Shown: piece after piece, positions 57,015 through 64,000 of the stretch
How positions within the stretch are numbered: the first letter of the stretch is position 1
How the letters are laid out: each line of letters starts with the position of its first letter
NCBI GenBank assembly: GCA_003162695.1
Contig: PMML01000046.1
Coordinates: 32,512-96,511, forward strand
Reading direction: 5' to 3'
DNA length: 64,000 bases
Source: Ignavibacteriota bacterium
GTDB taxonomy: Bacteria > Bacteroidota > Ignavibacteria > UBA10030
Notes under the pieces: model-generated
What the model was told of the DNA's origin: nothing
The model's database searches: none
The model's input: the letters and a program-made list of their open reading frames with translations, nothing else
Program-made: the position numbers and the translations under genes

Positions 57015-58160
57015 ATGAATATCGGCGTTATGAAAGAACGGTTTCCGCAGGAACGGCGCGTATCACTTACTCCGGGCGGAGTCAAAACGCTTGCCGGATT
57101 CGGCGCGACGGTTTACGTCGAACGAAATGCCGGAGCACAAAGCTACTTTACTGATCAAGAATATCAGGAAGCGGGCGCTGCAATTGTTTACAGTCCGGAA
57201 GAACTTATTATGCGTTCGGATGTGGTCTCGAAAATTGCTCCTCCGACACTGGATGAACTCTCCATGCTGCGGGAAGGACAGACTCTTTTTGCAGCGTACC
57301 ATCTTGCAATCTCAAAAAAACAGATCATCGAAAAACTCTTGGAAAAAAAAGTGACTGCCATCGCACATGAGTTGATCGAAAACGCACAGGGGGAATTGCC
57401 GGTTGTACAGACGATGGCGGAAATTGCAGGACAGCTTTCCATTCAAGTTGCCGCACATTTTCTCCAGACCCGGCACGGCGGCCGCGGTGTTCTGCTCGGC
57501 AGTATTCCCGGAGTTCCAGCGGCCAATGTTGTTATTCTCGGCGCTGGAACGGTCGGAAGAACTGCAGCCCGTGTAGCGCTCGGCCTCGGCGCGCGGGTAT
57601 CGGTGATCGATAGAAATATTGTCCATTTGCGTGAATTGGAAAATCTTTTTCAGTGGAGAATTTCTACTGCGCTGGGTGATGCCTATACGATCGAGCAGAC
57701 GGTGCGAGATGCAGATGTCGTAATCGGCGCCGTTTTATTGAAAGGAGAAAAAACACCGCACCTGGTAACGGAGGAAATGATCAAGCAGATGAATCCCGGA
57801 TCCGTAATTGTCGATGTTTCCATCGATAATGGCGGGTGCGTTGAAACCAGCCGGCCGACAACATTGCTTGACCCGACATTTATTGTTCACCATGTCGTGC
57901 ATTACTGTGTGCCCAATATGGCAGCCTCTGTGCCGCGGACCGCAACAGTCGGTTGGTCGAATGTCCTGCTGCCGCTGCTGCATGAAGCATCGGATCTCGG
58001 CATGGATGAAGTGCTGCGCATCGACGCAGGGCTGGCAAAAGGCGTTTGTACGTATAACGGTTTTTGCACAAACAAAACAGCGGCAAAAATATTTGAGATG
58101 CCCTTTGTGGATCTCAATACGCTTCTGACAAATTCACTGCATACAAGAGAGAACGTATGA
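57015..58160 (+). CDS. Alanine dehydrogenase/PNT-family NAD(H)-dependent dehydrogenase
   Basis: The N-terminus is MNIGVMKERFPQERRVSLTPGGV. The Rossmann motif is VVILGAGTVGRTAA. The protein is 381 aa and has no C-terminal TM, so a transhydrogenase alpha subunit is unlikely. Confidence 0.8.
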   Translation: MNIGVMKERFPQERRVSLTPGGVKTLAGFGATVYVERNAGAQSYFTDQEYQEAGAAIVYSPEELIMRSDVVSKIAPPTLDELSMLREGQTLFAAYHLAISKKQIIEKLLEKKVTAIAHELIENAQGELPVVQTMAEIAGQLSIQVAAHFLQTRHGGRGVLLGSIPGVPAANVVILGAGTVGRTAARVALGLGARVSVIDRNIVHLRELENLFQWRISTALGDAYTIEQTVRDADVVIGAVLLKGEKTPHLVTEEMIKQMNPGSVIVDVSIDNGGCVETSRPTTLLDPTFIVHHVVHYCVPNMAASVPRTATVGWSNVLLPLLHEASDLGMDEVLRIDAGLAKGVCTYNGFCTNKTAAKIFEMPFVDLNTLLTNSLHTRENV

Positions 58161-59455
58161 GCTGGATCGATCAGTATAAGTCGAAAATTGTTCCGCTGGA
58201 AGATGCTGTCAGCGTTGTGAAATCCGGAGACCGTATTTTTTCGAGCGCCAATGCGGCAACGCCTCTCCTCACGATGAACGCGCTGGCAAAACGTGCGAAC
58301 GAATTAACGAATGTCGAAATCAACCATCTTCTCCTGATGGGTGAAGATCCTCTGACCAAGCCGGGGATGGAAAATCATTTCCATCATAATTCGCTGTTTG
58401 TAGGTCCGGGAGACCGCCCGTCGATTGCAGAAGGAGTTTCGGATTACGTTCCTGTTCATCTTTCGGATGTACCGGGATTGTTCCGGGCCGGTTATATTTC
58501 CCTGGATGCTGCGTTTATCCATGTTTCCCCTCCTGATGCGCACGGTTTTATGAGCCTGGGAGTTGAATGCGCTTCGACAAAAGCAGCGGCCGAAACGGCA
58601 AAAATCGTTGTCGCCCAGGTCAACGAACGCATGCCTCGTACTCTGGGGGATGTCTTTGTTCATATTTCACGGGTTCATAAAATAGTCGAGTGTTCGGAAC
58701 CGCTTCTGGAACTTAAACCCGGGATTGCGAACGAAATAGAGGAGCGAATTGCAGATTTTATAGCACCTATGATTGAAGACGGCTCGACGCTGCAATTGGG
58801 GATCGGCGGAATCCCGGACGCGGTTCTTGGCCGCATCGAAGGGAAGCAGCATCTCGGTATACATACGGAGATGATTTCCGACGGGGTTATGAAGGCGGTC
58901 GAAAGCGGGATTATCACGAGTTTGAATAAAACGCTGCATCCGGGCAAGGTTGTTACCACATTTGTTATGGGGTCTCAGAATCTGTACGACTATGTCAATA
59001 ATAATCCGCTCTTCGAAGTCCATCCATGCGATTATACCAACAATCCGTTTATCATCGCGCAAAATGAAAAGATGGTTGCAATCAATTCTTCGATCGAAGT
59101 CGATATCAGCGGTCAGGTATGTTCCGATTCGATCGGCACAAAAATTTACAGCGGCTTCGGCGGTCAGGTCGATTTCATACGAGGAGCGGCTTATTCAAAA
59201 GGGGGAAAACCGATTATTGCGCTTCCATCAACAACAAAGAACGGCGAATTCTCGAAGATTGTCCCGCGCCTGAGAACCGGTGCAGGTGTTGTCACGACCC
59301 GCGCTGATGTGCACTATGTCGTTACCGAATATGGGGTCGCATCGCTTCATGGAAAAAATATACACCAGAGGGCCGAGGCACTTATTGCAATAGCACATCC
59401 TAAATTTCGTGCGGAACTGGAAAATTATCTTAGAACTATGCACAGGGCGGTCTAG
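58157..59455 (+). CDS. Acetyl-CoA hydrolase/transferase family protein (succinyl-CoA:acetate / 4-hydroxybutyrate CoA-transferase-like)
   Basis: 432 aa. The N-terminal YKSKIVPLEDAVSVVKSGDRIF and the central GIGGIPDAVL are typical of the AcCoA_hydro family. An ATGA overlap with the upstream gene is present. Confidence 0.85.
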   Translation: MSWIDQYKSKIVPLEDAVSVVKSGDRIFSSANAATPLLTMNALAKRANELTNVEINHLLLMGEDPLTKPGMENHFHHNSLFVGPGDRPSIAEGVSDYVPVHLSDVPGLFRAGYISLDAAFIHVSPPDAHGFMSLGVECASTKAAAETAKIVVAQVNERMPRTLGDVFVHISRVHKIVECSEPLLELKPGIANEIEERIADFIAPMIEDGSTLQLGIGGIPDAVLGRIEGKQHLGIHTEMISDGVMKAVESGIITSLNKTLHPGKVVTTFVMGSQNLYDYVNNNPLFEVHPCDYTNNPFIIAQNEKMVAINSSIEVDISGQVCSDSIGTKIYSGFGGQVDFIRGAAYSKGGKPIIALPSTTKNGEFSKIVPRLRTGAGVVTTRADVHYVVTEYGVASLHGKNIHQRAEALIAIAHPKFRAELENYLRTMHRAV

Positions 59456-59779
59456 AGACAGACACGAGTACTCGTAAAATTGAAGATCGAAGCTGCGAAT
59501 CTGTCATAGAACGATGTCCGAATTCCTGCGAAATAGGTTTTTCATGCTCATTTCTCATTCAATCAATGATTGGATAATTGGCTTATTGGGCAATAATCCT
59601 GAAAATAGAAAAATTTTCTAAAATTTAAGATATATACTTGCATTAATTAACAATATTGTTTGTTAGCGACCAATATTTCAACATTTTATAGACTTTTTAT
59701 GTGGCACAGCTCTTGTCCTGACAAAATATAAAAAGTGAATTTATCGACCGGAGGAAGGTTTTTCCCTTTAACGTTTGAA

Positions 59780-61993
59780 ATGAAGAGTCGAATTCTCTCA
59801 GTTTTTTCCTTCATGATGTTCGTTGTATCGTATGCAGCAATAGGGCAAACGATAGATGAATGTTTGATGTGTCACGGGGACACATCCCTGACGATGGATC
59901 GCAATGGAAAAAATATTTCCATTTATGCGGATCTCTCCGTTTTACATCGATCTGCGCATTTAAAGTTAGTTTGCGTCGCCTGTCATACGGGTTTTGATCC
60001 CCAGAATGTTCCGCATAAAGAAAAAATCACTCCTGTGAATTGTCTTCAATGTCACGGCGATGCACCGGCAAAACATCCGTTTCATGCTGCAGCGATGAAG
60101 AATGCGGCAAGTCCGTCTTTGCTTCTTGTTCAGTGTAAGCAATGCCACGGCACGCATGCTGTTGCGGCAGTCAGGAATAAGAATGCAGCTCTTCAAAGCA
60201 GGAATATTATTGAGATCTGCGGTACATGTCACACAGCGGAAAAAGAGCGGTATTTAATTTCCGTTCATGGAAAAGCAGAGTCTGGGGGAGTTGCTGCTGC
60301 TCCCAATTGCGTCTCATGCCATCAGAATAAAATCACAGGTTCGGCGGGGAGCAGGGATTTGGTTTCGATAAAAATTGCACAGGAAAAAATATGCTTATCC
60401 TGCCACCTCGATAATCCCGATGTTCGTTCGCATATCGGCATTTCTACGGGATTCATAGCTGCATACGAAAAAAGCGTACACGGATCGGCTTTACTGAAAG
60501 GAAACGCGTCTGCTGCCAATTGCGTCGATTGCCACGGCAGCCATTTGATTCAGCGAAGCGATGCTGCATCATCATCAATCAACCGGAACAATATTCCTAC
60601 AACGTGCGAAAAATGTCATGCCGGCATCAAACGTGAATACGACGAAAGTATTCATGCAAAATCCGCTGCCGCCGGGAATAAGGATGCGCCGGTTTGTACG
60701 AATTGTCACGGCGAGCACAATATTCTCGCACCGTCCAATCCGGACTCGCGTGTTTCCGCTCAAAATGTTTCTCAGCAGGTTTGTTCACCCTGCCATAGTT
60801 CGGTTCTTCTTTCAGAAAAATACGGTATTGCCAGCGACAGGTTCAGAACCTATTCTTCGAGTTATCATGGATTGGCCGTCCGCGCCGGTAATGTCGCGGT
60901 TGCAAATTGTGCAAGCTGCCACGGGGCACATAACATCAAACCGTCATCCGATTCGACATCATCCGTCAATAAAGCGAATCTTGTGAAGACATGCGGCAAG
61001 TGCCATCCCGGCGCCAATGACCGCTTTACGATCGGTTCCATCCATGTTACATCAGCACAAAAAGAAGAACCCCTCATCTATTGGGTTTCATTGTTTTATG
61101 TGACAATGATCGCTTCCGTTATCGGCGGTATGTTTCTTCACAATCTTTTGGACTTTTACCGCAAATCGAAGCGGCAATTACTGATCCGGCGCGGATTAGA
61201 ATCAGAGGAACACTTCGGACATGCATTGTATGTAAGGATGACGTTCAGTGAGCGGGTGCAGCATGCAGCATTGATGGTCAGTTTCTTTACGCTTGTTTTT
61301 ACGGGATTTATGCTTCGGTATCCTGATGCGTTCTGGGTTGTTTTTCTTCGCAGCTTAAGCGAAAACGTTTTTATGCTGCGCGGTTTGATTCACCGCTGCG
61401 CAGCAGTTGTCATGATCTCGGCTTCTTTGTATCATTGTTATTATATTCTCTTCACAAAACGCGGCAGGCAGCTCATACGGGATCTCCTTCCCGTCCTGCA
61501 GGATTTTACCGATGCGGGGGATATTCTAAAATATAATCTCGGATTTTCAAAAAGAAAGCCGAAACTGGGGCGGTTCAGTTATATCGAGAAGAGCGAATAT
61601 TGGGCGCTCGTATGGGGCGTCGTGGTCATGGGAATAACGGGAATCATTCTATGGTTTGATAATACTTTTATGGGGTTGCTGACAAAACTTGGCTGGGATA
61701 TTGCCCGCATTGTACATTTCTATGAAGCATGGCTCGCTTTTCTGGCAATTCTTATCTGGCATGTTTATTATGTCATTTTTAATCCCGATATCTATCCGAT
61801 GAATCTTGCCTGGATCAAAGGCACAATTACAGAAATGGAAATGGGCGAAGAACATCTGCGGGAATTGGAACAGTTGAAGCGACAGAAACTTTTCGATGAA
61901 GCAACGGTTGTTCTCGATATTGATGTTGAAAAGGAGAATCAGAATGATACAGATACTAAGGACTCCAATAAATTGCCGGGACCGGGATCATGA
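59780..61993 (+). CDS. Fusion protein: periplasmic 13-heme c-type cytochrome + C-terminal dihaem cytochrome b (HydC/FdnI-like) membrane domain (CbcL-like)
   Basis: The signal peptide is MKSRILSVFSFMMFVVSYAAIGQ. There are 13 CxxCH motifs. The C-terminal 5 TM helices carry conserved His residues. The longer ORF begins with GTG at 59735. Confidence 0.8.
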   Translation: MKSRILSVFSFMMFVVSYAAIGQTIDECLMCHGDTSLTMDRNGKNISIYADLSVLHRSAHLKLVCVACHTGFDPQNVPHKEKITPVNCLQCHGDAPAKHPFHAAAMKNAASPSLLLVQCKQCHGTHAVAAVRNKNAALQSRNIIEICGTCHTAEKERYLISVHGKAESGGVAAAPNCVSCHQNKITGSAGSRDLVSIKIAQEKICLSCHLDNPDVRSHIGISTGFIAAYEKSVHGSALLKGNASAANCVDCHGSHLIQRSDAASSSINRNNIPTTCEKCHAGIKREYDESIHAKSAAAGNKDAPVCTNCHGEHNILAPSNPDSRVSAQNVSQQVCSPCHSSVLLSEKYGIASDRFRTYSSSYHGLAVRAGNVAVANCASCHGAHNIKPSSDSTSSVNKANLVKTCGKCHPGANDRFTIGSIHVTSAQKEEPLIYWVSLFYVTMIASVIGGMFLHNLLDFYRKSKRQLLIRRGLESEEHFGHALYVRMTFSERVQHAALMVSFFTLVFTGFMLRYPDAFWVVFLRSLSENVFMLRGLIHRCAAVVMISASLYHCYYILFTKRGRQLIRDLLPVLQDFTDAGDILKYNLGFSKRKPKLGRFSYIEKSEYWALVWGVVVMGITGIILWFDNTFMGLLTKLGWDIARIVHFYEAWLAFLAILIWHVYYVIFNPDIYPMNLAWIKGTITEMEMGEEHLRELEQLKRQKLFDEATVVLDIDVEKENQNDTDTKDSNKLPGPGS

Positions 61994-63483
61994 AAAAATT
62001 ATTTCCTAAAACGTTTTATAATATAACAAGTTTGTACGGCCTGTCTGTTGTTGCGATCAGTTTCGTACTATTCATATTTTTATCGATTCTCGATTTCTTT
62101 GCCACTGACCAAAAGCCGTATATGGGCATCATTACGTTCATTATTCTGCCGGCAATTTTGATCATCGGCTTGGCAATCGGTTTTTTGGGCGTATGGCGTG
62201 AGCATAAGCGAAAAAAACTTGGTTTGCCCGTCCACGAACAGCTGCCGCGCATCGATCTGAACGATCCGAAGCAGCAGCGCGTTGTGCTTTTTACCAGCAT
62301 CGGAACACTGGTGTTTTTATTTCTCACGGTTTTCGGAAGTTATAAAGCGTATGAATATACGGACTCCGATGCGTTTTGCGGGACCATGTGTCACAAAGTG
62401 ATGGATCCGGAATATACGGCATATCAAAGTTCGCCGCATGCGCGTGTCGGATGTGCCAAATGCCATATAGGACCCGGCGCCGGCTGGTATGTACGTTCGA
62501 AACTTTCAGGCGCGTATCAAGTATATGCGACGGTATTCAATAAATATCCGGAACCTATACCTACACCGATAGAAAACCTGCGTCCTGCTCAGGAAACATG
62601 TGAACAATGCCACTGGCCCAAACAATTTTTCAGCGAAAAACTGAAGAAGAACACCTATTTTTTGTCGGATGAAAAGAATACCCGGTGGACGCTGGATCTT
62701 CTTCTTAAAATAGGCGGTGGAAATATTGAAGCAGGTCCGGCATCCGGAATTCACTGGCACATGAATATTGCCAATGAATTGTCGTATATTGCAACCGATA
62801 CACAGCGTCAGGTTATTCCATGGATTAAATCCAAACGGGCAGACGGAAGTGTTGTGGTCTATCGCACTACTGAAAATTCGATCTCTGATTCAGCCGTCCA
62901 AATAATGAAGAAGCGGAGGATGGACTGTATTGATTGTCATAACCGTCCTACACATATTTACAACCCGCCGGCACGATCGGTCAACCATAGTATGGCGCTT
63001 GGCTGGATCGATCCGGCGCTTCCCGGTGTGAAAAGCGCGGCAGTGAAAGCGCTGGAAACATCGTACGCTACGAAGATGGAAGGATTAGAGGGAATTCGCC
63101 GGACTCTCGAAGATTATTATCAAACGAATTATCCGCAGATTGCTTCGACTAATAATGATACACTTGCACGCGCTATTAAGGAAGTTCAGCGGATCTTCGA
63201 CCATAATTATTTTCCTGAAATGAAGGTAAGCTGGAGGAAATTTCCCGACAATCTGGGTCACTTGTATTCACCCGGGTGTTTTCGATGTCACGACGGCAAA
63301 CATGTGGCGGAAGACGGGAAAATATTGTCTAGGGATTGCAACGTTTGCCACACCATTCTTGCACAGCAGTTTGAAAAAGAAGGATTACGATTATCGCTGG
63401 ATGGCATAGAATATCGGCACCCTGTGGATATCGGCACCGCATGGAAAGAAATGAATTGCAGCGATTGCCATAACGCTCAATAA
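61990..63483 (+). CDS. Membrane-anchored heptaheme c-type cytochrome, NapC/NirT/ImcH-like
   Basis: Two N-terminal TM helices are present. There are six CxxCH motifs plus one CGTMCH (CX3CH variant). An ATGA overlap with the upstream cytochrome gene is present. Confidence 0.8.
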   Translation: MKKLFPKTFYNITSLYGLSVVAISFVLFIFLSILDFFATDQKPYMGIITFIILPAILIIGLAIGFLGVWREHKRKKLGLPVHEQLPRIDLNDPKQQRVVLFTSIGTLVFLFLTVFGSYKAYEYTDSDAFCGTMCHKVMDPEYTAYQSSPHARVGCAKCHIGPGAGWYVRSKLSGAYQVYATVFNKYPEPIPTPIENLRPAQETCEQCHWPKQFFSEKLKKNTYFLSDEKNTRWTLDLLLKIGGGNIEAGPASGIHWHMNIANELSYIATDTQRQVIPWIKSKRADGSVVVYRTTENSISDSAVQIMKKRRMDCIDCHNRPTHIYNPPARSVNHSMALGWIDPALPGVKSAAVKALETSYATKMEGLEGIRRTLEDYYQTNYPQIASTNNDTLARAIKEVQRIFDHNYFPEMKVSWRKFPDNLGHLYSPGCFRCHDGKHVAEDGKILSRDCNVCHTILAQQFEKEGLRLSLDGIEYRHPVDIGTAWKEMNCSDCHNAQ

Positions 63484-63504
63484 CATACAGAGAAAAAGGG
63501 ATTT

Positions 63505-63960
63505 ATGAATCAAACACCAGAAACTCCGGCCGATCAGAGTAAAAGAGACTTTTTACAGATCGTCCTGGGCGGAGCGAGTGCGGCCTTTCTTGCTGCGGTT
63601 CTCTATCCGATCTTCGAATACCTTAAGCCGCCGAAGCAGGCTGAAGTGGAAGTCTCAAGCGTGAAAGCCGGAAAGCTGAGCGAGATCGAAAAAGACAGCG
63701 GGAAAATCATCAAGTTCGGCAGCAAGCCCGTCATTCTTATCCGTACGGCAAACGATGAACTCCGCGCGTTTTCGGCAACATGCACACATCTGGATTGTAC
63801 GGTTCAGTATCGTAAGGATTATGGTACCATCTGGTGTGCATGTCATAATGGAAAGTATGATTTAAACGGGCGTAATATTTCCGGTCCGCCGCCGCGGCCG
63901 CTGGAGGAATACAGGGTCGTTCTTCAAGGAGACGAAATACTTATTTCGAAAAAAGTATGA
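63505..63960 (+). CDS. Rieske [2Fe-2S] iron-sulfur protein with Tat signal
   Basis: A twin-arginine-like KRDFLQIVLGGASAAFLA precedes the Rieske boxes CTHLDC and CACHNG. Confidence 0.85.
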   Translation: MNQTPETPADQSKRDFLQIVLGGASAAFLAAVLYPIFEYLKPPKQAEVEVSSVKAGKLSEIEKDSGKIIKFGSKPVILIRTANDELRAFSATCTHLDCTVQYRKDYGTIWCACHNGKYDLNGRNISGPPPRPLEEYRVVLQGDEILISKKV

Positions 63961-64000
63961 AGACATTTCTTAAAAAAATGTACGACTGGGTTGACGAGCG
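63957..64000 (+). CDS. 5' end of a cytochrome b/b6-type gene (partial, runs off window)
   Basis: The ATG overlaps the Rieske stop (ATGA). The first 14 codons, MKTFLKKMYDWVDE, resemble the conserved cytochrome b6/b N-terminus (..VYDWFEERL..). Confidence 0.4.
   Translation, partial: MKTFLKKMYDWVDE

Noticed and set aside
57015-58160. Considered NAD(P) transhydrogenase alpha subunit instead of alanine dehydrogenase
   Set aside because: There are no C-terminal transmembrane helices and no adjacent pntB-like gene. The Ald-family call is kept generic.
1-64000. CRISPR arrays, transposases, integrases, phage genes
   Set aside because: I found no regularly spaced direct repeats and no ORFs with DDE/tyrosine-recombinase/terminase signatures. 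The window appears to be stable chromosome, not a mobile or defence island.

Overview
This 64-kb window looks like one contiguous bacterial chromosomal segment. Organism guess: an FCB-group lineage (Ignavibacteriota/Calditrichota-like), based on a 4-subunit 2-oxoacid:ferredoxin oxidoreductase, hopanoid genes, many multiheme cytochromes, frequent GTG starts and weak SD sites. This is inference, not a database result. I found no rRNA or tRNA genes, CRISPR arrays, transposases or integrases. The window is coding-dense and both strands are used.

Content, left to right:
1. SurA-like PPIase, then a MoxR AAA+ ATPase, a BatA-like vWA membrane protein and a 1135-aa Q-rich coiled-coil membrane protein (a Bat-like module).
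2. A Pif1/RecD-type helicase with a lysine-rich N-terminal tail.
3. A complete kdpFABC-kdpDE potassium-uptake locus. It has a recognisable KdpE operator-like direct-repeat array upstream and two extra small membrane ORFs inserted within the operon.
4. An NAD-epimerase, an FKBP-type PPIase, a DedA protein, an SDR oxidoreductase and an M64-like secreted metallopeptidase.
5. A three-gene module: a signal-peptide-bearing WD40-caspase (intact His/Cys dyad), a DUF4384-like secreted protein, and a CHASE2-sensor class III adenylate cyclase. This is the best candidate for a new periplasmic protease-to-cAMP signalling or defence system.
6. hpnC and hpnD (squalene via hydroxysqualene). A perfect 9-bp inverted repeat brackets the hpnC start codon.
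7. acpS, a HAD hydrolase, aroQ, a PAP2 phosphatase and rsmA.
8. A roughly 15-kb cell-surface glycan island: three GT9, two GT4, two polyprenyl-P GT2, two GT-A-like proteins, a Wzx-like flippase, a YfhO-like GT-C and a TylF O-methyltransferase.
9. korDABC-type 2-oxoacid:ferredoxin oxidoreductase, an alanine-dehydrogenase-family protein and an acetyl-CoA hydrolase/transferase-family enzyme.
10. An operon encoding a 13-heme cytochrome c fused to a dihaem cytochrome b membrane domain (CbcL-like), a 7-heme NapC/NirT/ImcH-like cytochrome, a Tat-Rieske protein and the start of a cytochrome b(6). This points to an unusual Rieske/cyt b-multiheme quinol-oxidising respiratory module.
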